Shown here: positions 1 to 9,802 of the stretch, one piece after another
How positions within the stretch are numbered: the stretch's first letter is position 1
Layout: each line of letters opens with the position of its first letter
Assembly: GCA_020634795.1 (NCBI GenBank)
Contig: JACKAZ010000006.1
Span: 76,376 to 100,375, forward strand
Length of the DNA stretch: 24,000 nucleotides
Source of the DNA: Ardenticatenales bacterium
GTDB lineage: Bacteria > Chloroflexota > Anaerolineae > Ardenticatenales > Ardenticatenaceae
Direction: 5' to 3'
Notes under the pieces: model-generated
Seen by the model: only the letters and a program-made list of their open reading frames with translations
Databases searched by the model: none
What the model was told of the DNA's origin: nothing
Program-made: the position numbers and the translations under genes

Positions 1-605
1 ATGGCATCTCGCTCCGTTTCCATCGGGGGAAGGATTCGGCCTACGCGCACCTGCCTCTGCTCGGCCAACACAGCGTTCACGGCTCGTTGGCGGCAGCAAC
101 GGTCGGCCTGACGCAGGGCATGTCGTGGGGCGAAATCATCGCGGGGCTGAAGAGTATTGCCGAACATGAGGTGCTGCGCATCATGGTGGTCGAGGGGCTG
201 CATGGCTCCACGCTCATCGACGACACCTACAATGCCAGCCCCGACAGTGTGATGGCGGCGCTGAATTTGTTGGCCGATTTGGATGGGCGCAAGATCGCGG
301 TCTTGGGGGATATGAAGGAGCTGGGGCCGTATAGCCATGAAGGGCACGCGCTGGTCTCGCGCCGCGCTGGCACCGTGGCCGATCGCTTTGTGGCGGTCGG
401 CGAGATGGCGCCGCGGATGATCCAGGATGCCCATCGGGCGGGCATGGCCCCCACGGCGACCTACGCCGCCCAAGATGCGGCGGATGCCGAGGCGTGGCTA
501 CGCGGCCAATTGCAGCAGGGCGACATCGTCTTGGTCAAGGCATCCCGCGCGGTGGGGCTGGACCAGCTGGTGACGGCTTTGACCGTGACCCCGGAGGATA
601 TATGA
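1..605 (+). CDS. murF: UDP-N-acetylmuramoyl-tripeptide--D-alanyl-D-alanine ligase, C-terminal part (5' truncated by window edge)
   Basis: Frame 3 is open from the window edge: ...GISLRFHRGKDSAYAHLPLLGQHSVHGSLAAATVGL...LIDDTYNASPDSVMAALNLL..., containing the Mur ligase C-domain motif DDTYNASPDS. TGA at 603-605 overlaps the mraY ATG. Confidence 0.95.
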   Translation, partial: GISLRFHRGKDSAYAHLPLLGQHSVHGSLAAATVGLTQGMSWGEIIAGLKSIAEHEVLRIMVVEGLHGSTLIDDTYNASPDSVMAALNLLADLDGRKIAVLGDMKELGPYSHEGHALVSRRAGTVADRFVAVGEMAPRMIQDAHRAGMAPTATYAAQDAADAEAWLRGQLQQGDIVLVKASRAVGLDQLVTALTVTPEDI

Positions 606-1618
606 CCCTGTTCCGACCCGATACCGCCCGCGCCCTGGCCTTGGGTTTGCTCTGCTTCCTCTTTGCCGTAACGTGGGGCGCCCCGCTGATCCGCCACCTG
701 CGTCGCCGGCAGATCAGCGAGGCGATCCGTGTCGATGGGCCGCAGACCCACCTGTCGAAGGCCGGCACGCCCACGATGGGCGGGCTGATGATCTTGATCC
801 CGACTCTGATCTTTTGTTCGCTCTTTATCATGCCGGAATACCTGTCGTTGATCCTGCCGCTGTCGATGTTGGTATTGATCGGCGGCTTGGGGATCTATGA
901 CGACATCACCAAGTTGCGGCAGAAGCGGGCGGGTCAGCCCAAAGAGGGCATCAGCGCTAACACCAAGCTGGCGTGGCAATTTGCAACGGCCATCGGGGCG
1001 GCGGTGGTCTTGGGCAGCCCCGATCTGTTGGACATGGCGAAAGTGGCCATACCGGGGGTCAGCGACCTGCTGGCGGTACCACTTTGGCTCTACGTGCCAA
1101 TTGCGGCGCTGTTGATCGTGGGCTTTTCCAACGCGGTCAATCTGGCCGACGGGTTGGACGGGCTGGCGGGCGGCGTCGCGGCCATCGCCTTCGCCTCCTA
1201 CGGCGTGCTGGCGTTGCGCCACGGCTTCGTCCACTTGGCGACCTTTTCCTTCTGTATGGCGGGCGGCACGTTGGCCTTTCTCTGGTTCAACGCCTACCCC
1301 GCGCAACTGTTCATGGGGGATACGGGGTCGTTGGCCTTGGGCGCAACGCTGGCCATCGTGGCCCTGATGACACTGCAATGGCCGTTGCTGCCGATCGTGG
1401 GCATCATTTTCGTCGCCATGGCGGCCAGCAATGTGCTGCAGGTCGCGTCGGCCAAATTCTCGCGCCGCTTTTTGGGCAAAGACAAGCGACTCTTCAAGAT
1501 GGCGCCGATCCACCACCACTTCGAGCTGCTGGGGTGGAGCGAGGTCCAGATCGTCCAACGCTTCTGGATCGTGGCCATGCTGGCCGGGATGTTTGGGATC
1601 GCGTTGGGGATGCTGTAG
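602..1618 (+). CDS. mraY: Phospho-N-acetylmuramoyl-pentapeptide-transferase
   Basis: MTLFRPDTARALALG...QTHLSKAGTPTMGGLMI...NLADGLDGLAGG...MAPIHHHFELLGWSEVQIVQRFWI: MraY signatures (KAGTPTMGG, NLADGLDGLA, HHHFELLGW). Start is inside ORF 494..1618 and forms an ATGA overlap with murF. Confidence 0.97.
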   Translation: MTLFRPDTARALALGLLCFLFAVTWGAPLIRHLRRRQISEAIRVDGPQTHLSKAGTPTMGGLMILIPTLIFCSLFIMPEYLSLILPLSMLVLIGGLGIYDDITKLRQKRAGQPKEGISANTKLAWQFATAIGAAVVLGSPDLLDMAKVAIPGVSDLLAVPLWLYVPIAALLIVGFSNAVNLADGLDGLAGGVAAIAFASYGVLALRHGFVHLATFSFCMAGGTLAFLWFNAYPAQLFMGDTGSLALGATLAIVALMTLQWPLLPIVGIIFVAMAASNVLQVASAKFSRRFLGKDKRLFKMAPIHHHFELLGWSEVQIVQRFWIVAMLAGMFGIALGML

Positions 1619-1811
1619 GGGATAGAGACAGAGAGAGATAGAACGGGTCATGGCTTCGGCATTGTTTTGACCCCTCCATTCCGATTCTCGATCCCCCCAT
1701 GGCGGTGGTGCTTGCCACGGTGCCATGGCGCTCACAATCCCCTTACTTTCAGGGCAGATGCAACATGGCGGCAAGGCCCAACACGCAACACGCAACACGT
1801 ACAATCGAGGG

Positions 1812-3203
1812 ATGGCAAGGATGAACGTAAGCTATAGCGATCAGCGAGTGACGATCATCGGTATGGCCCGAGAAGGCACGGCGCTGGCCCGCTTCTTCGC
1901 GCAGGCGGGGGCGCGTGTCACCGTCAGCGATCTGCGCGGCGTGGCCGATCTGGCCGACGAGATCGGCCAATTGGCGGGGCTGCCGATTCAAGCGGTGCTG
2001 CGCGGCCATCCCGACGATATTTTGGAGGCGGACGTGATGTACGTCAGTCCGGGCGTTCCGCGTGAGGTGCCGATTGTCCGCAAAGCCCAAGAACGCGGCG
2101 TCACGCTCTCGAGCGAGACGGAGCTGATCTTCGCGCTCTGTCCCGCGCCGATCATCGGGATCACCGGTTCCAGCGGCAAGACAACCACCACCACGCTGAT
2201 CGGCGAAATGATGAAGATGGATCGGCGTCGCAAGATCTGGGTCGGTGGCAACATCGGCATCCCGCTGATCGAATCGGTCACCGAGATGAAGAGCCGCGAT
2301 TGGGTCGTGCTGGAGCTGTCGAGCTTCCAGTTGGAACATCTGACACGCAGCCCCCACGTGGCCGTCGTGACCAATCTGCGCCCCAACCATCTGGATCGTC
2401 ACCCCAGCTACGACGCCTACAAGGCGGCGAAGGCGAACATCTTGCGTTACCAGAGTGCCGACGATGTGGCGGTGCTGAACTGGGACGACTTGGAAGTACG
2501 GGCAATGGCCACGCAGTGCGCCGCTCGGATCCGTTGGTTTAGCATTGAAGAACCGTTGGAAAACGGCGTCTTTTTGGACGGCGATTGGATCGTGGTCCAC
2601 CACGACGAATCGCCCGAGCGGGTGCTGCGCCTCGGCGACTTGGCGTTGCGCGGTAGGCACAACGTCGCCAACGTGCTGGCCGCGCTGAGCGTCGTGACGG
2701 CCACGGGGCTGAAGGTGGAAACGGCGGCGCGGGTGGCCAAACAGTTCAGCGGCGCCCCCTACCGGCTGGAACTGGTGCGCGAAATCGACGGGGTACGCTG
2801 GATCAACGACTCCATCGCCACCAGCCCCGATCGGACGCTGGCGGCGCTCAACGCCTTCGGCGACGAGCCGATCATTCTGCTGGCCGGAGGGCGGGACAAA
2901 CATCTGCCGATGGAGGAGATGGCCGAGGCGATCGTCCACCGCGTGCGCCACCTCATCACCTTTGGTGAAGCGGCGACGCTGATCGAGCAGGCCGTCAAGC
3001 AGGCACAATCACGGCTCAATGGCAATGGGCGAACGGTCCCCGTCAGCCATTGCGACACGATGGAGGCGGCGGTCGCCGTTGCCAAACAACTGGCACAACG
3101 GGGCGACACCGTCTTGCTCAGCCCGAGCGGGACCTCGTTCGACGCATTCAAAGATTTTGCGGCGCGGGGCGACCGCTTCAACGAACTGGTGGCGGCACTG
3201 TAG
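1812..3203 (+). CDS. murD: UDP-N-acetylmuramoylalanine--D-glutamate ligase
   Basis: Protein has ITGSSGKTTTTTLIGEM (P-loop), NLRPNHLDRHPSYDAYKAAK, and LLAGGRDKHLPMEEMAEAI. Alternative ATG at 1821 (MNVSYSDQRVTIIGMAREG). Confidence 0.95.
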   Translation: MARMNVSYSDQRVTIIGMAREGTALARFFAQAGARVTVSDLRGVADLADEIGQLAGLPIQAVLRGHPDDILEADVMYVSPGVPREVPIVRKAQERGVTLSSETELIFALCPAPIIGITGSSGKTTTTTLIGEMMKMDRRRKIWVGGNIGIPLIESVTEMKSRDWVVLELSSFQLEHLTRSPHVAVVTNLRPNHLDRHPSYDAYKAAKANILRYQSADDVAVLNWDDLEVRAMATQCAARIRWFSIEEPLENGVFLDGDWIVVHHDESPERVLRLGDLALRGRHNVANVLAALSVVTATGLKVETAARVAKQFSGAPYRLELVREIDGVRWINDSIATSPDRTLAALNAFGDEPIILLAGGRDKHLPMEEMAEAIVHRVRHLITFGEAATLIEQAVKQAQSRLNGNGRTVPVSHCDTMEAAVAVAKQLAQRGDTVLLSPSGTSFDAFKDFAARGDRFNELVAAL

Positions 3204-3311
3204 TAGGACGTCAAGGATCGGCTGGCTTTGCGGGGTCGTTGCCCGGCCCGCGCAAAAACAAGGCAGCCGCAGCATGGACTCGGTACTCCGCACGAACGAC
3301 GAGATAGACTT

Positions 3312-4460
3312 ATGGCACTGGCACTCTTTCGACGACAAAGCGCGACCCAAAAGCGGATTCGACGTGTGACGCAGCGCAGCAGCGACTGGTGGCTGTTGGC
3401 AGCGGTCTTCGCCCTGCTGTTGATCGGCATCCTGATGGTCTTCGCCTCGACCTACTCCACGTCTTATGTCAATTCCGATGGAAAGACCGCGACCTCCTAT
3501 ATCGTCAAACATCTGCAGTGGATCGGGATCGGGAGTGCTGTCGCTCTCGTGGCCTGGCTCTCCGACTACCGGTGGCTCAAACGAGTGAGCGTGCTACTGA
3601 TGATCGGCACCTTGGTGGCGCTGTTCGCGCTCTTCTTCATGGGCAAAGCGACCTTCGGGGCCACCCGCTGGCTTTTCAACGGCTCGATCCAGCCGTCAGA
3701 ATTCGCCAAGCTCGCCACGATCATCTATGTCGCCCATTGGGCCTCTTCCAAAGAAAAGCGAATCAGTGATTTTAAGCAGGGTTTCATTCCCTTCATGGTA
3801 CTGGTGGCCCTCGTCTGTGGTCTGATCGTGATTCAGCCCAGCCTGTCGACCGCGCTGTTGGTCGGGCTGGTGGCGGGCACGATGTTCTTCGTCAGCGGCG
3901 CCGACATCAAGCAATTGTTGGCGGTGGGCAGTGGCGTGGGCGTGCTGACCTGGTTGGTGGCCAGTGCTGGCTGGCGCTTACAACGGATCGAAACGTGGCG
4001 CAACCCGTGGGTCGATCCCGCCGACGCGGGCTACCAGACGACGCACATGCTCTATGCGCTGGCCAAAGGGGGCCTTTTGGGGCAGGGGCTGGGCCGCATC
4101 GGTGGCGACGGCTTTCCCTATGTACCGGCGATCCACACCGACTTGATCATGGCGGTGGTGGGCCACGAGGGCGGTTTGCTGGCCTGCATGGTCGTCTTGG
4201 CGCTCTTTGTGCTCTTGACCTATCGCGGCTTTCACGTTGCGGTCAACGCGCCGGATGCCTTTGGCACGGTGCTGGCCTCGGGCATCACGATCTGGTTCTG
4301 CCTCCAAGCGCTCCTGAATCTGGCGGTGATTACCAACTCGATCCCGACAACGGGAATCCCGATGCCCTTTATTTCCTACGGCGGTAGTGGGCTGGTCACC
4401 GCGATGGCGGGGGTCGGCATCCTGCTCAGCATCTCCAGAGCCGTCCCGAAGAAAGCGTAA
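3312..4460 (+). CDS. ftsW: SEDS peptidoglycan glycosyltransferase FtsW
   Basis: Polytopic SEDS protein with QPSLSTALLVGLV, GDGFPYVPAIHTDLIMAVVGHEGG and PTTGIPMPFISYGGSGLV; lies between murD and murG. Confidence 0.93.
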   Translation: MALALFRRQSATQKRIRRVTQRSSDWWLLAAVFALLLIGILMVFASTYSTSYVNSDGKTATSYIVKHLQWIGIGSAVALVAWLSDYRWLKRVSVLLMIGTLVALFALFFMGKATFGATRWLFNGSIQPSEFAKLATIIYVAHWASSKEKRISDFKQGFIPFMVLVALVCGLIVIQPSLSTALLVGLVAGTMFFVSGADIKQLLAVGSGVGVLTWLVASAGWRLQRIETWRNPWVDPADAGYQTTHMLYALAKGGLLGQGLGRIGGDGFPYVPAIHTDLIMAVVGHEGGLLACMVVLALFVLLTYRGFHVAVNAPDAFGTVLASGITIWFCLQALLNLAVITNSIPTTGIPMPFISYGGSGLVTAMAGVGILLSISRAVPKKA

Positions 4461-4466
4461 CGTACG

Positions 4467-5597
4467 ATGCGACTCCTGATCACCGGCGGTGGCACGGGGG
4501 GCCACGTCTATCCGGCACTGAGCGTGCTGGAAGCGTGGAACCCGCCGCCAACGCTGCTGTGGGTCGGCAAGCAGGGCGGCATGGAGGCAGAGATTCTGCG
4601 CCGGGCGGGCCTACCCTATCAGGGGATTCGGGCCGGGGGATTGAATTCGACCCGTTGGAACCGCCGCCTGCTGCACAGCCTGATGCTGGTGCAGGGTTTC
4701 GGCGAAGCGTGGCAAATTCTGCGTCGCTTCAAGCCGGATGTTGTCTTTGCGACGGGCGGTTACGTGACGGGGCCGGTGGGGCTGGCGGCGCGGCTGCAAC
4801 GCGTTCCGATCGTGATCTACCTGCCGGACATCAGGCCGGGTCTCGCCGTGAAAGCGCTGGCCCCCCTAGCCACCCGCGTCGCGGTCACCACGCCGCGCAG
4901 CGCCGACTTCTTTGGCGACAAAGCGGTGGTCACCGGTTATCCGGTGCGCAAGGCGCTGACCGAGCCGCGTAGCCGCGCCGCCGCGCGTGGCACTTTCGGC
5001 ATCAATGAAGCGGACCGATTGCTGCTGGTGATGGGTGGCAGTTCGGGCGCACACAACCTGAACGTGGCGATCGGCGAGAATCTGGCGCGACTGCTGCCCC
5101 TGACGCGGATCATTCATCTTTATGGCAAGAGCGACGAAGCGTGGCTGATGGCGCAGAAGGCGGCGCTGCCGGACGAACTGCGCGACCGCTATCAACCCTT
5201 CAGCTATCTGCACGACGAGATGGCCGACGCGCTGCTGGCCGCTGACCTGATCGTGGCGCGGGCGGGGGCCTCGGTGTTGGGCGAATTGCCCGCCGCCAAG
5301 CTGCCCGCAGTGCTGGTCCCGTTGCCCATCGCGGGGGTCGGCCAAGACGAAAACGCGGCCTGGCTCGTGGAGAGGGGCGGCGCGGCGCAACTCGATGATG
5401 ATGCGGCGCTGCCCACCACGCTGCCCGCGCTGTTGGCAACGTTGTTGAACGACGAGGCGACGTTGCAACGCATGGCGGCCGCCATGGCGGCCGCCGCGCC
5501 CCCCAACGCGGCCGCGCGGATCGTGGCCCTGTTGCAGCAATGTGCCACCGCGAACGCCAACAACGGCCAGCCGCGCAAAAGCGAGGTGGCGCCATGA
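4467..5597 (+). CDS. murG: UDP-N-acetylglucosamine--N-acetylmuramyl-(pentapeptide) pyrophosphoryl-undecaprenol N-acetylglucosamine transferase
   Basis: MRLLITGGGTGGHVYPALSV...GGYVTGPVGLAA...VMGGSSGAHNLN: MurG motifs. Confidence 0.96.
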   Translation: MRLLITGGGTGGHVYPALSVLEAWNPPPTLLWVGKQGGMEAEILRRAGLPYQGIRAGGLNSTRWNRRLLHSLMLVQGFGEAWQILRRFKPDVVFATGGYVTGPVGLAARLQRVPIVIYLPDIRPGLAVKALAPLATRVAVTTPRSADFFGDKAVVTGYPVRKALTEPRSRAAARGTFGINEADRLLLVMGGSSGAHNLNVAIGENLARLLPLTRIIHLYGKSDEAWLMAQKAALPDELRDRYQPFSYLHDEMADALLAADLIVARAGASVLGELPAAKLPAVLVPLPIAGVGQDENAAWLVERGGAAQLDDDAALPTTLPALLATLLNDEATLQRMAAAMAAAAPPNAAARIVALLQQCATANANNGQPRKSEVAP

Positions 5598-6217
5598 GTG
5601 AACGGTTGGTCACGCTCGACTGGAATACGGTCGTAATCTTCTCGATGCTCTACTTCGTGATCATTGGCGCGGTCAAAGGCTGGCAGCGGGCGCTGGTAAC
5701 GCTCGTCTCGCTCTTCTTCGCGTGGGGTCTCTCGATCAAGACGGTGGACTTCTTGATCCGCGCCATTCAATTCATGTTCGACATCCAAATGGGCGAGACG
5801 GCACAGGGACTCTTCCAAGTGCTGCTCTATCTGGCGGCCGTGGTGATGGTTTTGGTGACGTTTAATCTGGGCAATGTGATCCCGGTCAAGCTGCTCGGCC
5901 CCCGGGATCGGCTCTCTGGCATGTCGGTCGGCATTTTGAACGGCTACTTCTTCGTGGTACTGCTGCTGGATATCGGCGGCACCTGGTTTGCAGAAAATTT
6001 CGAGGGCTTTACCCTGTCGCTCAAAGGCAATTTTGTGGCGGAACGGCTGGCCAAAGGGGCCGAAATCGTGATCGAGTTCATCAACAACCCGGTCGATGCC
6101 TACGCCCAACTGTTGCAAGCGCAAAACTTGGTCCTGCTGGGGCTGCTGGTCGTCTTCTTCCACGGCTTCGTCTATTGGCTGCTCGGCGGCCTCAACAGCA
6201 GGCTACAACCGTCTTAA
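5594..6217 (+). CDS. Small polytopic membrane protein, CvpA-family-like, embedded in the dcw cluster
   Basis: ATG overlaps the murG stop (ATGA). MSERLVTLDWNTVVIFSMLYFVIIGAVKGWQRALVTLVSLFFAW... has several hydrophobic segments and an N-terminal pattern reminiscent of CvpA. Family call is tentative. Confidence 0.55.
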   Translation: MSERLVTLDWNTVVIFSMLYFVIIGAVKGWQRALVTLVSLFFAWGLSIKTVDFLIRAIQFMFDIQMGETAQGLFQVLLYLAAVVMVLVTFNLGNVIPVKLLGPRDRLSGMSVGILNGYFFVVLLLDIGGTWFAENFEGFTLSLKGNFVAERLAKGAEIVIEFINNPVDAYAQLLQAQNLVLLGLLVVFFHGFVYWLLGGLNSRLQPS

Positions 6218-6303
6218 CGCAGAACGCAGAGCAGGTAACGCAGAACCCTAGTCCTCCGGACCGCTACGCGAACGCTTCGCTCAGGGCAAGCTCCGAACGC
6301 AGC

Positions 6304-6357
6304 ACTCACCAAACTCACAAAACTCACAAAACTCACAAAACTCATCAAACTCACAAA
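6304..6357. repeat. 9-bp tandem repeat, 6 units, consensus ACTCACAAA, immediately upstream of murC
   Basis: Units read: actcaccaa/actcacaaa/actcacaaa/actcacaaa/actcatcaa/actcacaaa, then actcgaATG. Confidence 0.95.
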
Positions 6358-6363
6358 ACTCGA

Positions 6364-7758
6364 ATGAACAAACAGATCCACTTCATCGGCATCGGCGGTT
6401 CGGGGCTTAGCGCGCTGGCCCAGGTGATGCTGGCCCGTGGCTGGCGGGTGAGCGGCTCCGACCGCGAACGGTCGACGCGCACCGCGCGGCTGGAACGGCT
6501 CGGCGCCACGATCTACGAGAGGCACGAGCGCAGCCATGTGGCGGGGGCCGATGTGGTAGTGATTTCGAGCGCCATTCCGTCGGACAACGTGGAGCGGCGG
6601 GCCGCGCTGGAGATGGGCATTCCGGTGATGAAGCGGGAGCAGTGGCTGGCCGAGATGACGCAGGAATCGGAACTGATCGCGGTTGCGGGCACGCACGGCA
6701 AATCGACCACGACCGCGATGGTCGCGCTGATGTTGCTGAATGCGGGCCTTGACCCGACGGTGGTGATCGGCGCGACCCTGCCGCAGATCGAGGGCAACGC
6801 GCGTGCCGGCAACAGCCATCTTTTTGTGATCGAAGCCGACGAATATGACTTTGCCTTTTTGGGGTTAAAGCCGGAAATCGCGGTTGTGCTCAACATCGAA
6901 CATGACCATCCTGATATGTTTGAGGATGATCTGGCGGTGCAGGACGCCTTCCATCGTTTCATCTCACAGCTTTCACCCGCTGGCACGCTGATCGCCTGTG
7001 GCGACGATGCGGGGGTGCAGCGACTGCTCGACAATCTGTCGCCACGTGGCCGCGTGGTGCGCTACGGCTTTGGCGAGGGGTTGGAATGGCGGGCGGCGGG
7101 CCGCAAACGGAACGATTTGGGCGGCATCGACTTCGTCGCCCTGCACGATGCGGTGCCGATCGGCGCCTTCCGCTTGGCCGTGCCGGGCCATCACAACGTG
7201 CTGAATGCACTGGCTGCCATCGCCGTCGGCGACGTGCTGGGCATCGACACGGCGACGATGCAGGCCTCGCTCACCGCCTTCACGGGGGTCAACCGCCGCT
7301 TCGAAGCGGTCGGCGCGGTCGGCACGATCCAGATTTACGATGACTACGCCCATCACCCGACCGAGATTCGGGCGACGTTACAGGCGGCCCGCCAGCGCTT
7401 CGGCAGACGGCCGTTGTGGGTCGTCTTCCAACCCCACACCTTCAGCCGGCTGAGCGCGCTTTATGAGGATTTCTTGACCGCCTTCGCCGAGGCCGACCAT
7501 GTGGTGGTCAGCGATGTTTTTGCCGCACGCGAATCGGGCGATTCGGCCGCGCAGAGCCGCCAACTGGCGCGGGAGATCGTCGGCACCGACGCTCATTACC
7601 GCGCCACGCAAGCGCAGATCGTCGACTATCTGCTGGCGGCGCTGCCGGAGCGGGCCGTCGTGCTGACGTTGGGCGCGGGGGATATCACCAGCCTTGGCCC
7701 GCGGCTGCGCAACGCGCTGGAAGATCGGCTGGCGCTGGAAAGCGGAGAGCCGGTATGA
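6364..7758 (+). CDS. murC: UDP-N-acetylmuramate--L-alanine ligase
   Basis: MNKQIHFIGIGGSGLSALAQVMLARGWRVSGSD...VAGTHGKSTTTAMVALML...IYDDYAHHPTEIRATLQAAR...FQPHTFSR: MurC motifs. Confidence 0.96.
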   Translation: MNKQIHFIGIGGSGLSALAQVMLARGWRVSGSDRERSTRTARLERLGATIYERHERSHVAGADVVVISSAIPSDNVERRAALEMGIPVMKREQWLAEMTQESELIAVAGTHGKSTTTAMVALMLLNAGLDPTVVIGATLPQIEGNARAGNSHLFVIEADEYDFAFLGLKPEIAVVLNIEHDHPDMFEDDLAVQDAFHRFISQLSPAGTLIACGDDAGVQRLLDNLSPRGRVVRYGFGEGLEWRAAGRKRNDLGGIDFVALHDAVPIGAFRLAVPGHHNVLNALAAIAVGDVLGIDTATMQASLTAFTGVNRRFEAVGAVGTIQIYDDYAHHPTEIRATLQAARQRFGRRPLWVVFQPHTFSRLSALYEDFLTAFAEADHVVVSDVFAARESGDSAAQSRQLAREIVGTDAHYRATQAQIVDYLLAALPERAVVLTLGAGDITSLGPRLRNALEDRLALESGEPV

Positions 7759-8696
7759 GGCGGCTGCAAGAGGCGTTCGGCCCACAGCTTCAGGCCAACG
7801 CGCCTCTTTCGCGCTACACCTCTTTCCGTGTCGGGGGCCCGGCCGACTGGCTGCTGCGGGTCAACCGCATCGACGAGCTGCTGCACGCCGTGGCATTGGC
7901 CCGCGAGTTGGCGATGCCCTGCCGCGTGCTGGGCGGCGGTTCCAACGTCTTGGTCAGCGATGCGGGCGTGCGCGGCCTGCTTATCCTCAATCGGGCGCGG
8001 CAGAGCCGGATCGAGCAGGACGGCGCGGCGCGGACGCTGATCGCCGAGTCGGGGCTGTCGTTGCCCCGATTGGCGGGCGAGCTGGCGAAGGCGGGGCTTT
8101 CCGGCATGGAGTGGGGCATCGGCGTGCCCGGAACGGTGGGCGGCGCGGTGGTGCAAAATGCGGGCGCGTGGGGCGTGGAAACGAAGGACCGTTTGCTTTG
8201 GGCCGATTTGCTCAACCGTGAGACGCACGAGGTCGAACGGTGGGCGTTGGGAGATTTGGATTTGCGTTATCGCCACTCACGGCTGCTGGATGCGGCCCCA
8301 GAAACACGACCGATCGTGCTGCGCGCCGCCTTCCGCCTTTGGCCGGAAGCGCCAGAGATCGTCAGCGAGCGGACGATGGGTTACCGCGATCAGCGCACGG
8401 CCAGCCAGCCCCGCGCCGCCAGCGGTGGCAGCACCTTCCGCAACCCGCCGGGCGACTATGCGGGCCGGCTGATCGAAGCCGCAGGGCTGAAGGGCCATCG
8501 GATCGGCGGGGCCGAGTTCAGCCGCAAACATGCCAACTTCATCGTCCACGATGGCACAGCCACGGCTGCCGACATTCGGGCGCTGATCGATCTGGCGCAA
8601 CGGGAAGTGGCGGCACAGTTCGGGGTGCGGCTGATGACAGAGATCGAAATGGTGGGCGACTGGTCGCCCGTGGTCGAGGGCCAAGAAACAGGATGA
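7755..8696 (+). CDS. murB: UDP-N-acetylmuramate dehydrogenase
   Basis: YTSFRVGGPADWL, VLGGGSNVLVSDAGVRG, GIGVPGTVGGAVVQNAGAWG, GGSTFRNPPGDYAGRLIEAAGLKG. ATG overlaps the murC TGA. Confidence 0.95.
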   Translation: MRRLQEAFGPQLQANAPLSRYTSFRVGGPADWLLRVNRIDELLHAVALARELAMPCRVLGGGSNVLVSDAGVRGLLILNRARQSRIEQDGAARTLIAESGLSLPRLAGELAKAGLSGMEWGIGVPGTVGGAVVQNAGAWGVETKDRLLWADLLNRETHEVERWALGDLDLRYRHSRLLDAAPETRPIVLRAAFRLWPEAPEIVSERTMGYRDQRTASQPRAASGGSTFRNPPGDYAGRLIEAAGLKGHRIGGAEFSRKHANFIVHDGTATAADIRALIDLAQREVAAQFGVRLMTEIEMVGDWSPVVEGQETG

Positions 8697-9802
8697 GCGA
8701 GCAGAAAAAGATTCGGGTGGGCGTGGTCTTCGGGGGGCGCAGCGGCGAACACGAAGTCTCCATCGCCAGTGCGCGGGGCATCATGGCCGCGCTCAACCCG
8801 TCCCAGTTCGAGGTGACACCCATCGGCATCACCAAGGCGGGGCGCTGGTTGACCGAGGGCAACCCGATGAAGCAACTGAGCCGGGGCAACGCCGACCGCA
8901 ACGGCAGTTCGTCGCTCGCCCTGCACAGTGGCAGCAGCGCCCCCCTTGAGCAGATCGACGTGATCTTCCCCGTACTGCACGGCCCCTTCGGCGAAGATGG
9001 CACGATTCAAGGGATGTTGGAGATGGCGGGCCTGCCCTATGTCGGCAGCGGCGTGGCGGGGTCGGCGGTCGGCATGGACAAGATTCTGATGAAAGGCATC
9101 TTCATCGCGGCGGGGCTGCCGGTGCTGCCCTATGTCGCGGTCAACCGGCGCGACTGGGAACATCAGCCCGACGACCTGCTCGACCGCATCGAACGACAGT
9201 TGGCCTACCCGCTCTTTGTCAAACCGGCCAACATGGGCAGCAGTGTGGGCATCTCGAAGTGTCGCGACCGCGATGACTTGCGTACGGGGCTGACGGCTGC
9301 GGCCCGCTACGACCGTCGGCTGCTGGTGGAACAGGGTCTCGACCGTCCGCGCGAGCTGGAAGTGGCGGTTTTGGGCAACGATGCACCCCAGGCCAGCGTC
9401 GTCGGGGAGATCGTGCCCCACGATCGGTATGACTTCTACGACTACGAATCGAAATATACCGAGGCGCAGGCCGATCTGCTGATCCCCGCGCCGCTGGACG
9501 AGCCGTTGAGCGACGAGATTCGCCGCTTGGCCATCCTCGCCTTCCAGGCGCTGGATGTGGCGGGGCTGAGCCGCGTCGATTTCCTGCTCGACCGCGAGAG
9601 TGGCGGCCTCTATCTGAACGAGATCAACACGATGCCGGGCTTCACGCCCACCAGCATGTACCCGTTGTTGTGGGAAGCGAGTGGCCTTCCCTACGGTGAT
9701 CTGCTGGCCGAGCTGATCCGACTGGGGTTGGAACGCCACCACGAGAACGAACGCTCCCATCTGGCCGAGGGCCATGACTATCCGGAAGCAGAGGCAGGAT
9801 GA
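8693..9802 (+). CDS. ddl: D-alanine--D-alanine ligase
   Basis: RVGVVFGGRSGEHEVSIASARGI...FPVLHGPFGEDGTIQGMLEMAGLPYVGSGVAGSAVGMDK...YLNEINTMPGFTPTSMYPLLW. ATG overlaps the murB TGA. Confidence 0.97.
   Translation: MSEQKKIRVGVVFGGRSGEHEVSIASARGIMAALNPSQFEVTPIGITKAGRWLTEGNPMKQLSRGNADRNGSSSLALHSGSSAPLEQIDVIFPVLHGPFGEDGTIQGMLEMAGLPYVGSGVAGSAVGMDKILMKGIFIAAGLPVLPYVAVNRRDWEHQPDDLLDRIERQLAYPLFVKPANMGSSVGISKCRDRDDLRTGLTAAARYDRRLLVEQGLDRPRELEVAVLGNDAPQASVVGEIVPHDRYDFYDYESKYTEAQADLLIPAPLDEPLSDEIRRLAILAFQALDVAGLSRVDFLLDRESGGLYLNEINTMPGFTPTSMYPLLWEASGLPYGDLLAELIRLGLERHHENERSHLAEGHDYPEAEAG

Noticed and set aside
1749-3008. Long minus-strand ORFs inside the dcw genes (also 4866..5540, 5204..6163, 8456..10162, 12353..13495)
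   Set aside because: Antisense shadow frames typical of GC-rich DNA; low-complexity R/P/Q/H-rich translations, no recognisable motifs, and the plus strand carries clear conserved proteins.
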